This document shows positions 38,983-47,701 of a DNA stretch of 64,000 bases, in pieces (the stretch's first letter is position 1; every line of letters begins with the position of its first letter). The notes under the pieces were generated by a model. That model was not told the origin of the DNA. It did not search any database and was given only the letters and a program-made list of their open reading frames with translations. Position numbers and translations under genes: made by a program. Source of the DNA: Chloroflexota bacterium (lineage in GTDB: Bacteria; Chloroflexota; Dehalococcoidia; UBA6926); assembly GCA_026713485.1 (NCBI GenBank), contig JAPOOK010000003.1, positions 4,085 to 68,084 of the forward strand, in the 5' to 3' direction.

Positions 38983-39669
38983 TTGAGCTCGCCCCACCGA
39001 TGACGCCATAAACTCACCCACGCGCCGGCCCAGATTCATCTCCTCGCCCCACCAGAAATGGTCAGTCTGCGTCGCGATGTAGATCTCAGTCGAGCCCGGC
39101 AGCATCCCTGCTAAACCTCGCACGCGTTCAACCGTCGCAAAGTTGTCCGCTTCGCCTGTCGCGATGAGCTTCGGCATTGTGAGAGCCGAAAGAGCCTCCT
39201 GCGATGCGTCATCCCCGATTGCCGGTGAGATTAGCGCCAACGCCGCCAGCCCCACTGCTCCACGCGCCGCGCCGAGCGCCACGCCGCCACCGAATGAATA
39301 CCCTGCCAATCCGACGCGCATCTCATTGGGCAACTCATCCGCGACCGTCCCTGTCGCCAGCGCCTCAAGCGCGGCAAGCGTGTCCTCCTGTTCGCCGATG
39401 CCGTTGTCGTACGCGCCTCCGCTGCGCCCCGCGCCGCGGAAATTGAATCGCAGCGCCGCGAGCCCATAAGCCACGATGGACGAAGAAACGGCCATCACCA
39501 CGTTGTTCGTCATCTCTCCGCCATACTGCGGATGCGGATGACAGATCACGACACCTGCCGTCGGCGTCGCCGCCCCCTCATCGGGCAGGTCAAGCTGCCC
39601 CTCCAGCACAATCCCGCCGCTTGAATCGATGCGAACACTCCGCGTGCGAATGGTCCTGGCCTCCTCCAT
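38980..39669 (-). CDS. Alpha/beta hydrolase (HPHP-type)
   Basis: CHPHPQYGG.M.N, RFNFRG.G.S.G, GYSFGG, D..H triad. Confidence 0.88.
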   Translation of the reverse strand: MEEARTIRTRSVRIDSSGGIVLEGQLDLPDEGAATPTAGVVICHPHPQYGGEMTNNVVMAVSSSIVAYGLAALRFNFRGAGRSGGAYDNGIGEQEDTLAALEALATGTVADELPNEMRVGLAGYSFGGGVALGAARGAVGLAALALISPAIGDDASQEALSALTMPKLIATGEADNFATVERVRGLAGMLPGSTEIYIATQTDHFWWGEEMNLGRRVGEFMASSVGRAQ

Positions 39670-39681
39670 GTCACCGGTTTT

Positions 39682-39718
39682 CCCTCCCCAATTGTGGGGG
39701 TGGGTCAGGGTTGGGGGG
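39682..39718. repeat. REP-like palindrome (family A, degenerate)
   Basis: ccctccccaattgtgggggtgggtcagggttgggggg. Confidence 0.4.
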
Positions 39719-39795
39719 TGCCCATCCCTAGCACAAACTTAGCATTACGAGCCCTTTACGCGCCCTTCCCCCACCCCTCTAATAGCCATCGCCCG

Positions 39796-39818
39796 TATAA
39801 TTGTGATGGACTTCACGA
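39796..39818 (+). promoter_or_regulatory. TATAAT -10 overlapped by a Rex/CRP-like operator upstream of fpr
   Basis: TATAAT 39796-39801 then TTGTGATGGACTTCACGA 39801-39818. Confidence 0.55.
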
Positions 39819-39849
39819 ACACCACAACCAACGCGTTGGAGAGGAATGA

Positions 39850-40611
39850 ATGGTCAGCACACAAGAAAGCTCTCGCCCGGTACGCCGACTACAGCCGCAG
39901 ATGGCAACGGCCCGCATCGTCGAACGACAGAACCTCACGGAGGATCTTTGGCTCATCAAGCTGGAGCCGTCGATACCGTTCCCCTTTAAGCCAGGGCAGT
40001 ACTGCACCATCGGCGCGGAGGACATTGAGCGGCCGTACTCCATAGTGTCGTCACCGGAAGAGCCGCTGATCGAGTTGTTCGTTGAGCTTGTGCCGCCGCC
40101 GGACGGCCAGCTCACGCCGGTTCTCTACAACCTGGACGTTGGCGCGGAACTGACCCTGCGCCCCAAGCCCAAGGGCATCTTCACGCTTGATCGCACCGCC
40201 AAGACGCATGTGTTCGTCTCGACGGTCACCGGAGTCGCGCCAACCGTCAGCATCCTGCGCCACGCCCTGATGACAGGTGAACACGGCGAAAGGGAGTTTC
40301 ACGTCCTCGACGGCGGGAGCTACGTTGATGAACTCGCGTACCGTGACGAGCTGCAAGAACTCGCCGATATGTACGACTTCATCCACTTCACACCCACCGT
40401 TAGCCGACCGAACGATGAGCGCAACGCCGGCTGGACGGGCGCGACAGGCCGCGTCAACACCCTCGTCGAGGACTACCTGCAGGACAACAACATCGACCCG
40501 GAGACATCCATCGTCTACGCCTGCGGCCACCCCGGCATGATCGAGGATGTCAAAGAGCGCATGGAACGTGTCGGCTACCGCTTCAAGGAAGAGCGCTTCT
40601 GGAAGGACTAA
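39850..40611 (+). CDS. fpr: Ferredoxin/flavodoxin-NADP+ reductase
   Basis: FKPGQY, RPYSIVS, G.LT, TGVAP, TVSR, YACGHPGM, ERFW. Confidence 0.85.
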   Translation: MVSTQESSRPVRRLQPQMATARIVERQNLTEDLWLIKLEPSIPFPFKPGQYCTIGAEDIERPYSIVSSPEEPLIELFVELVPPPDGQLTPVLYNLDVGAELTLRPKPKGIFTLDRTAKTHVFVSTVTGVAPTVSILRHALMTGEHGEREFHVLDGGSYVDELAYRDELQELADMYDFIHFTPTVSRPNDERNAGWTGATGRVNTLVEDYLQDNNIDPETSIVYACGHPGMIEDVKERMERVGYRFKEERFWKD

Positions 40612-40620
40612 TCTAAGCGC

Positions 40621-42975
40621 TTAGTCCCCCAACAGCATCTCCAGCAACAGACGCGCCCCTCGCTTGTCCAGCATCTCGTTGTTGTTGCCGCACTTGGGCG
40701 ACTGCACGCATGAAGGGCAGCCCTCCTCGCACGGGCATTCATTGAGCATCGTTAGCGTCTCCTGCCACAGTTCGCGCAGCACATCGTAGCCCCGCTCCGC
40801 AATGCCCACGCCGCCCGGGATGCCGTCATAGATGAAGATGGTCGCCTCTTTCGTGTCCGGATGGTGCGGCGTCGATAGCCCGCCGATGTCGTTCCGGTCG
40901 CACAGCGCGAACAGCGGCAGCAGGCTGATGCAGGCATGTTCACAAGCGTGCAGCGCGCTTGCGACGAATGCGTCGGCAAGAGCGGAGGCTTCCTTTTCGT
41001 TCGTAGACGTGGGCGCGTGCTCTCTGAGCTTGTCGGTCAGGTTCTCTGGCACCGTCCACCACAGCCCAACCGTCTCAAAGCTTCGCGGTGGAAGATCCAG
41101 GTACCCGCGAGACAGCACGTCATTGCGATCATGTCGGCGACGATTGAATCCGTAGACAGTTCGCGTCACGTCCACGTGCCCGACGGATGCCTTCACCGGC
41201 CCTTCAGACCTCTCCCGATCCGTCTTGAGCACGGTCATGTCCGTGTCAGCCATTGATGTTGTGTAGTACTCGACGTTCGTGCGCTGTAGCATGGCATTCC
41301 TGGACGTCAGGTTCAGCTCACTTATAAGGAACTGCTCGCCGCGGTGCAGGTACACCGCGCCCTCATGCGCGTAGGCAAACGCGTGCTCCTCCGCGATGGT
41401 CTCCAGCACTGCGCCCGTCCTCTCCTCAACGAGCACATAGTTGTCCCCGGATGTTGAACGTAGGGAGACATCGCTCGCCGGATGGGCGCCAGCCTTGGGA
41501 TGCGCGTGCCACAACTCTGCGCCGCGACGCTTGCGTCCGATCAGATAGCTCTCCTGCGTGAGCCGTTCCAATGCCGCCGAGACCACCCCGTCGCCGCCAA
41601 ACAGCTCGGCGTCGCCCTGTATCTCGCCGATGGGCGCCTCAACCGCCGCGCACACCAGGTGTGGGTCGAGGATGCGCGGATTCGTGGTGGAGATACGCGC
41701 GTGCTCCATGCCGCGCCGAAACAAAATATCCGGGTGCCGCGCCAGGTACTGCTCCAGCGGGTTGTCGTAGACGACCATGATGGACAGGCCGCGCTCACCT
41801 CGCCGCCCGGACCGCCCCGACTGCTGAAACGTGGACGCAAGCGAACCCGGGTAGCCGTTCAGCACCGTCGCGTCCAGATGGCCGATGTCGATGCCCAGTT
41901 CCAGCGCGTTTGTCGTCACGACGCCCGTCAACTCGCCGCTGGATAGCTTGGCCTCGATCTCCCGCCGCTCCTCTGGCACATAGCCCGCTCGGTAGGAACT
42001 CACCTGCGTATTGCCCGCTCCGTAGCGCTGCAGATTCTCCTCCGAGATCCGATACATCAACTCCGCCGCTTGCCGCGTCCGAACGAATGAAAGCGTTCTG
42101 GTACCGGTCGAGACAAGCCATGAGAACAGTTCCGCCCCCTCAACAAGCACGCTGCGGCGTATCGAGTTCGCATCGTCGATGATTGGCGGATTCCACAGCG
42201 CGAATTCCCTGCCGGCGGTCGGCGCGCCGTCGTCCGTTATTGCCGTCATGGGCAGGCCTGTCAGCGCCTCCGCGTGCTCTTTCGGGTTGCCGAGCGTGGC
42301 CGATGTGACGATGAATTGCGGGTTTGCCCCGTAGCGACGGCAGATGCGACGCAGCCGCCGTATCAGCATCGCGATGTGGGAACCAAAGACGCCCCGGTAC
42401 ATGTGCCCCTCGTCGATGACCACGAATCGCAGCCGACGCAGGAACCGTGACCACAACCTGTGGTTGGGCAGGATGCCGACGTGCAGCATCTCCGGGTTGG
42501 TGAGCAGCAAGCGCGCATTCTTGCGGACGGCAGCGCGCTCATGCTGCGGCGTGTCGCCGTCGTAGGTGGCGGCGGGAGGCCGCACAGGCAGGGGCGCGGT
42601 CAGTTCATTAAGGGCCCGGAGCTGGTCTTGGGCGAGGGCCTTGGCCGGAAAGAGAAACAGAGCCGTCGCGCCCATGCGGGATGAATCGGCGCAGGCGTTC
42701 AGGACGGGGACGTTGTAGCAGAGGCTCTTGCCGGACGCCGTGCCCGTCGCAACGACCACATTCTTGCCCTCAAGAAGCGCGTCAATGGCCTCAGCCTGGT
42801 GGGTGTAGAAACGGTCGATTTCACGCATCTGCAGGGCGTGTTGGAGAAGCGGATTCAGAGACGCGCTAAGCCGACCGTACGCCGCCGAACTGTGCGGCAT
42901 CGACTCCACGTGAACGATCTGCCCCGCGTACCCATCGCGCGAGCGCATATCATCAAGGAAAGCCTGCGTATCCAC
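40621..42975 (-). CDS. DEAD/DEAH helicase with DUF1998 Zn domain (MrfA/YprA/Hrq1-like)
   Basis: TASGKSLCY, TNPEMLH, DEGH, SAT, ALELGIDIG, QQSGRSGRR, CPCEEGCPSC..SPKC; GTG start at 42975. Confidence 0.92.
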   Translation of the reverse strand: MDTQAFLDDMRSRDGYAGQIVHVESMPHSSAAYGRLSASLNPLLQHALQMREIDRFYTHQAEAIDALLEGKNVVVATGTASGKSLCYNVPVLNACADSSRMGATALFLFPAKALAQDQLRALNELTAPLPVRPPAATYDGDTPQHERAAVRKNARLLLTNPEMLHVGILPNHRLWSRFLRRLRFVVIDEGHMYRGVFGSHIAMLIRRLRRICRRYGANPQFIVTSATLGNPKEHAEALTGLPMTAITDDGAPTAGREFALWNPPIIDDANSIRRSVLVEGAELFSWLVSTGTRTLSFVRTRQAAELMYRISEENLQRYGAGNTQVSSYRAGYVPEERREIEAKLSSGELTGVVTTNALELGIDIGHLDATVLNGYPGSLASTFQQSGRSGRRGERGLSIMVVYDNPLEQYLARHPDILFRRGMEHARISTTNPRILDPHLVCAAVEAPIGEIQGDAELFGGDGVVSAALERLTQESYLIGRKRRGAELWHAHPKAGAHPASDVSLRSTSGDNYVLVEERTGAVLETIAEEHAFAYAHEGAVYLHRGEQFLISELNLTSRNAMLQRTNVEYYTTSMADTDMTVLKTDRERSEGPVKASVGHVDVTRTVYGFNRRRHDRNDVLSRGYLDLPPRSFETVGLWWTVPENLTDKLREHAPTSTNEKEASALADAFVASALHACEHACISLLPLFALCDRNDIGGLSTPHHPDTKEATIFIYDGIPGGVGIAERGYDVLRELWQETLTMLNECPCEEGCPSCVQSPKCGNNNEMLDKRGARLLLEMLLGD

Positions 42976-43005
42976 TCCCGCGCCTACCGTACCCTTCCCG
43001 CCGCT

Positions 43006-43123
43006 GTCATTCCTGCACCCATCCCCTCCGTTCACCCTGAGCCTGTCGAAGGGATCCTGAATGGGGTGCCGCCTCCGCCATTCCTGCACCCCTGCCTGTC
43101 ATTCCGAGCGCTGCGAGGAATCT
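43006..43123. repeat. Composite cluster of REP-like elements
   Basis: cattcctgcaccc twice, ccgttcaccctgagcctgtcgaaggg, gtcattccgagcgctgcgaggaatct. Confidence 0.7.
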
Positions 43124-43379
43124 AAAGCCCCCGTTCCGCTCCCTCATTCTGACACACCCGTTCGACGCAGCGAGGGGGGGCGCGTTGACAGCCTTACCCG
43201 CCGCTAGCAGAATGAACGAGCCACGGAAGGAGCGGTTCCGATATACCGCTAGCGCAAGTCGATTTTTGCGTGAAATTCGCGTGGAGACGTGGCTGACCAT
43301 GTCTCCTCGCGGACTTGCGCAGCCCGCTGCCTTCCGTGGCAAACGAAGTCAACGTCTGCACACCGCGAGGGGGCACTTG

Positions 43380-44246
43380 ATGAAGCGGGTCTTACTTATT
43401 GTCGCCATTTCCTTCTTTGCACTGGTTGGGCTCTGCACTGTCCTTGTTATCGCCGTAGGACCGTCAACCGAATCAAGCCCTGAGCCTTCGGACAACCGCA
43501 CAACAACGCGAACTACGACCCAAGAGCAGGATAGGGCGACAGCGGAGCCACGCCCGACGTCCACGCCCGAACCTAGTCCTACCCCCACGCCGACAGCTAC
43601 ACCCCTGCCTGGTCCAGTGGCGATCAACGAATTTGCCGGTGGCGCAGAGAATCTAGGAGAGACTCTTCAGTACGGTGCCCTCTTAGAAACTGATGGGCCA
43701 GAACCAGAGATGGGCACCTGCTTCGCATCGTTTGTGGTGGGGGCTCCACCCTTGGCAGACAGGATTGCAGGGCACATAGAGATAACTGAGCCCACAAGCC
43801 TAAGGATTCCGGAAGATGGCCTATTGGAAGGAGAGTTCGAACCCATATGGCAATTCAATACGAACTTTTGCCAACCTTGGCGGATTGTTGAAGCGGGAAT
43901 AGAATCTGGCGGCAGCCAAGAACGCGTTACGGTGGAAGGGCAACAAATGTCTGAATCCGTTGCCACCGCCGTTGCAGAAGCAGAAGAACGGAGAAGAGGA
44001 TTCCATTGCCTCAGTCCATGGGACGGAAACCATGACGGGCTTGAGGCTCTGATTAGGGACAATCTGAACGATCCGGGGAGCATGGATACGGTCGTAACAC
44101 GGATCACCCCTGCCGATGAAGACGGGTATCACACGGTCGCATTGGAATTTACAGCCGAAAATGCCTTTGGTGGCAGAGTCAGATTGACAGGATACGGCCT
44201 TGTCAACAATGAGACTTGTGAGGCCACTCTAATTGGAATCGAGTAG
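43380..44246 (+). CDS. Membrane-anchored secreted hypothetical protein
   Basis: N-terminal TM/signal, Pro/Thr linker, C-terminal SPWDGNH..LNDPGS..FTAENAFGG domain; visibly more A/T-ending codons than neighbours. Confidence 0.75.
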   Translation: MKRVLLIVAISFFALVGLCTVLVIAVGPSTESSPEPSDNRTTTRTTTQEQDRATAEPRPTSTPEPSPTPTPTATPLPGPVAINEFAGGAENLGETLQYGALLETDGPEPEMGTCFASFVVGAPPLADRIAGHIEITEPTSLRIPEDGLLEGEFEPIWQFNTNFCQPWRIVEAGIESGGSQERVTVEGQQMSESVATAVAEAEERRRGFHCLSPWDGNHDGLEALIRDNLNDPGSMDTVVTRITPADEDGYHTVALEFTAENAFGGRVRLTGYGLVNNETCEATLIGIE

Positions 44247-44255
44247 AAGCCCTTA

Positions 44256-44570
44256 TTACTCCCTCTCCAGCGGCCTCACCGCGTCCACCTTGCTGCCGAT
44301 GCGCTCACTCGCCACTTCAAGATCGTATTGTGATTGCAGGCCCATCCAGAGTTCCGAGGACGTGTTGAAGAACTTGCCCAGTAGCATGGCCGTCTCAGCC
44401 GTGATCGCTCTCTCGCCGCGCACGATCGCATGAATCCGCCGAGGGTCAACGCCAATCGACTTTGCGAGGCGATACTTAGTCATACCCAGCGGCTTTAGGA
44501 ACTCTTCATCCAGGATTTCGCCGGGGTGGATCGGGGGCATCTTTTCTGCGTCTTCGTCTATCTCCCACAT
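44256..44570 (-). CDS. higA: HigA-family addiction-module antitoxin (Xre HTH)
   Basis: PIHPGEIL.EEFLKPLG, LAK.IGV, G.RAITAETA..L..FF, WMGLQ..YDL; AGGAGG SD before ATG at 44570. Confidence 0.9.
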   Translation of the reverse strand: MWEIDEDAEKMPPIHPGEILDEEFLKPLGMTKYRLAKSIGVDPRRIHAIVRGERAITAETAMLLGKFFNTSSELWMGLQSQYDLEVASERIGSKVDAVRPLERE

Positions 44571-44682
44571 GAATACAATCCTCCTGCTCTCATTGTAGTG
44601 ACCAGGGGACACCTTGGATTCTTCAGCCGTGCTCACAATGACACCCCGCCCCCGTCCGCTATCATCTTCAGAGAAGTCCCGA

Positions 44683-44772
44683 TGGATTCCGGCTTTCGCC
44701 GGAATGAGGGGAATGGCGAAACGGCGTTTGATTCGCGATTACGATTCAGATTCCCGCCTGCGCGGGAATGAC
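44683..44772. repeat. Pair of dRS3/REP-like palindromes (family B)
   Basis: tggattccggctttcgccggaatga (44683-44707) and agattcccgcctgcgcgggaatgac (44748-44772). Confidence 0.72.
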
Positions 44773-44795
44773 GTGTTTGTGGGAGGGCGTTAGAA

Positions 44796-46166
44796 ATTCT
44801 TGATAGACGGCGGATTAGGGAGGCGCACGAGGAGACCCGCAATACGCTTGCGCGGCGCGGCGATGCAGAGGCGCTCGCTCTGTTGGATGAAGTCGCCTCG
44901 CTCGATGGGGAGTGGCGCGCGTCGCAGGCGCGCGCCGATGAGCTCCGCGCTCAACTCAACACCCACTCCAAGACGTTTGGGATGCTGCGTGGGCGGGCCG
45001 GGCGGGGCGACCTGATCGCCGATGACATCCTGTCCACCGCCGGTGTCGCGGAACTGCTCGGCGACCGAACGAGTGGTACCGCCGATGAGCTTATCGACTC
45101 ACTCCAGGCCGAGTTAAGAAAATTCTCTGAAGAGGTGGATGAGGCCACAAAGCGCACGTCTGACCTCGATGACCAGATAACCCAGCGCCTCAGCTATCTG
45201 CCTAACCTCCCAGACCCGTCCGTGCCGGACGGCGAGTCTGAGGATGACAACATCGTTTCCCGGCAGTGGGGCGAACCTCGCGAGTATGATTTCGAGCCGC
45301 AACCGCATTGGGACCTCGGCCCTGCATTGGGCATCATCGACTTTGAACGCGGTGTGCGCATTGCGGGCTCCCGCTTCTACGTGTTGACCGGCTCGGCATC
45401 CAAGCTCCAGCGCTCGTTGATCCAGTGGATGCTGGATGTGCATACAAGGGAGCACGGCTACCGGGAAGTCTATCCACCCTTCGTTTCGACCCAGGAGACG
45501 CTGTTTGCCAGCGGTCAGCTACCCAAGTTCAAAGACAATGTGTACCGCGATGAGGATGATGATGTCTGGCTTGTCCCGACGGCGGAGGTGCCGCTGACGT
45601 CCATGCATCGCGGCGAGATCCTTGAGCCGGGCATGCTGCCCATCAACTACGTTGCTTACACTCCGTCGTTCCGTCGTGAGCAGATGTCCGCAGGGCGGGA
45701 TATCCGCGGCATCAAGCGCGGCCACCAGTTCGACAAGGTGGAGATCTACAAGTTCACGGAGCCCGAAAACTCCCTTGAGGAGCTTGAGGTCCTGCTGGGG
45801 CACGCCGAGTCCATCCTGCGTCGCCTTGAGTTGCCATACCGCATCGTCGAGTTGTGCGCAGGCGACTTGGGACAGGCGTCGGCCAAGACGTATGACATCG
45901 AGGTGTGGGCGCCCGGCTGCGGGGAGTGGCTGGAGGTATCAAGCTGCTCCACAACGACCGACTACCAGGCGCGGCGGGCGAACATCAGGTATCGGCGGGA
46001 GGCGGGGGCGCGCCCACAGTTTGTGCATACGCTCAACGGCTCCGGACTCGCGCTGCCCCGCGTCATGATCGCCATCATGGAGACCTACCAGCGCGCGGAC
46101 GGCACCATTGAGATACCGGAAGCCCTGCGCCCCTACACAGGATTCGCGGAGATTACCCGGGAATAG
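44796..46166 (+). CDS. serS: Serine--tRNA ligase (apparent ATT start)
   Basis: PTAEVP, FRRE, RGHQFDKVE, YDIEVW, EVSSCS, TLNGSGLA; frame open upstream of the TTG to (I)LDRRRIRE...LARRG, the canonical SerRS N-terminus. Confidence 0.95.
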   Translation: MLDRRRIREAHEETRNTLARRGDAEALALLDEVASLDGEWRASQARADELRAQLNTHSKTFGMLRGRAGRGDLIADDILSTAGVAELLGDRTSGTADELIDSLQAELRKFSEEVDEATKRTSDLDDQITQRLSYLPNLPDPSVPDGESEDDNIVSRQWGEPREYDFEPQPHWDLGPALGIIDFERGVRIAGSRFYVLTGSASKLQRSLIQWMLDVHTREHGYREVYPPFVSTQETLFASGQLPKFKDNVYRDEDDDVWLVPTAEVPLTSMHRGEILEPGMLPINYVAYTPSFRREQMSAGRDIRGIKRGHQFDKVEIYKFTEPENSLEELEVLLGHAESILRRLELPYRIVELCAGDLGQASAKTYDIEVWAPGCGEWLEVSSCSTTTDYQARRANIRYRREAGARPQFVHTLNGSGLALPRVMIAIMETYQRADGTIEIPEALRPYTGFAEITRE

Positions 46167-46225
46167 AACCTCAGCCGCCACCCCCGCTGGTAGTACCATA
46201 TGTGAACGGAAAGGGGTGGGGATTG

Positions 46226-47371
46226 ATGCGAATCGGCGTGCTGACTGAAACTGCGCTTCGCGAGGCTCGCGTTGCGCTTGCGCCGCCGTCCGTCGCCCGA
46301 TTCACCCGCACCGGAATTGATGTCCTTATTGAGTCGGCAGCCGGTGAGCGCGCTTTCTTCACCAATGACGCATACAGCGAGGCAGGGGCGGAGATTGCCC
46401 CGGATGCCGCAAGCGTCTATGCCAACGCGGATGTCATAGCCAAGGTCGCCGCGCCGTCTGTTGGAGAAATTGAGTCGCTGCGTGACGGCCAGATCCTGAT
46501 TGCCGTTCTTCAGCCGCTGACGAGCCACGAGCTAGTTCACGCGCTTGCATCGAGCAGCGTCACGTCGTTCAGCCTTGATGCCATTCCCCGCATCGCCCGG
46601 GCGCAGCCGCTGGACGTGCTTTCGTCACAGGCGTCCGTCGCCGGATACAAGGCGGCGGTCATGGCTGCCGACACTCTCGGCAAGCACCTGCCAATGATGA
46701 CGACGGCGGCAGGGACCATGCCGCCTGCGCGGGGACTTGTTCTCGGAGCGGGAGTGGCGGGGCTGCAGGCTATCGCGACGGGGCGGCGGCTCGGAGCAAT
46801 CATGTCCGCCTTTGACGTGCGCCCCGCAGTGAAGGAGCAAGTGCAGAGCCTCGGCGCGACGTTCATCGAGGACGAGGAGCTGCAGCGAGCACAGGCCGAG
46901 ACGGCTGGTGGGTACGCAAGAGAACAGACGCAGGAGGAGCGCGATCGCTCGCAGGCACTCGTGAGGCGTCATGTCGGCGCGTCCGACTTCGTTATAACCA
47001 CAGCGCTTGTACCGGGCCGTCCCGCGCCGAAGCTCATCACACGGGAGATGGTTGAGGACATGCAGCCGGGCTCCGTCATCGTAGATCTTGCCGCGGAGAC
47101 GGGCGGAAACTGTGAACTGACGATGCCCGGTGAGGTGATCAACTATAAGGGCGTCATCATCAACGGACCCGTCAACGTGCCGTCCTCCATGCCCGTCCAT
47201 GCCAGCCTCATGTACTCCCGCAACGTCCAGAGCTTCCTGGATCTGCTCATCAAGGACGGCGAAATCGCGATTGATATGGATGACGTGATCCTGCGAGATT
47301 CACTCATCACGCAGGGCGGTGAGATCGTCCATGAAGCCACCCGCGAAGCAATGCAGGGCTCGGCGGCGTAA
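46226..47371 (+). CDS. pntA: NAD(P) transhydrogenase subunit alpha part 1
   Basis: EARVAL.P, PRIARAQ..DVLSSQA..AGYKA, GAGVAGLQAI, GGYA, DLAAETGGNC. Confidence 0.93.
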   Translation: MRIGVLTETALREARVALAPPSVARFTRTGIDVLIESAAGERAFFTNDAYSEAGAEIAPDAASVYANADVIAKVAAPSVGEIESLRDGQILIAVLQPLTSHELVHALASSSVTSFSLDAIPRIARAQPLDVLSSQASVAGYKAAVMAADTLGKHLPMMTTAAGTMPPARGLVLGAGVAGLQAIATGRRLGAIMSAFDVRPAVKEQVQSLGATFIEDEELQRAQAETAGGYAREQTQEERDRSQALVRRHVGASDFVITTALVPGRPAPKLITREMVEDMQPGSVIVDLAAETGGNCELTMPGEVINYKGVIINGPVNVPSSMPVHASLMYSRNVQSFLDLLIKDGEIAIDMDDVILRDSLITQGGEIVHEATREAMQGSAA

Positions 47372-47395
47372 CGCGCCACAAGGAGGCTGACGACA

Positions 47396-47701
47396 GTGCT
47401 TGAGGGTGGACTACTAATCGCGATCTACGTCTTTGTGCTTGCCGGATTCATCGGCTTTGAGGTCATCACGAAGGTGCCGCCAACACTCCACACGCCTCTC
47501 ATGTCCGGCGCGAATGCCATTTCAGGCATCACCATCATCGGCGCGCTGCTCATCGTCGGGTCGAGCGACGGCCTGTTGACGCAGATACTGGGCGTCGCGG
47601 CCCTCATCCTTGCCACCATCAACGTCGTGGGCGGATTCATGGTCACCGACCGGATGCTGCGCATGTTCCGGCGCGATCGCGGACGGGAGCGGTCGTCATG
47701 A
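47396..47701 (+). CDS. NAD(P) transhydrogenase subunit alpha part 2
   Basis: VPPTLHTPLMSGANAISG, INVVGGF.VT.RML. Confidence 0.93.
   Translation: MLEGGLLIAIYVFVLAGFIGFEVITKVPPTLHTPLMSGANAISGITIIGALLIVGSSDGLLTQILGVAALILATINVVGGFMVTDRMLRMFRRDRGRERSS

Noticed and set aside
42976-43379. N-terminal extensions of the helicase and the 43185 ORF given by the ORF track
   Set aside because: They translate repeat or promoter DNA; better starts are 42975 and 43380
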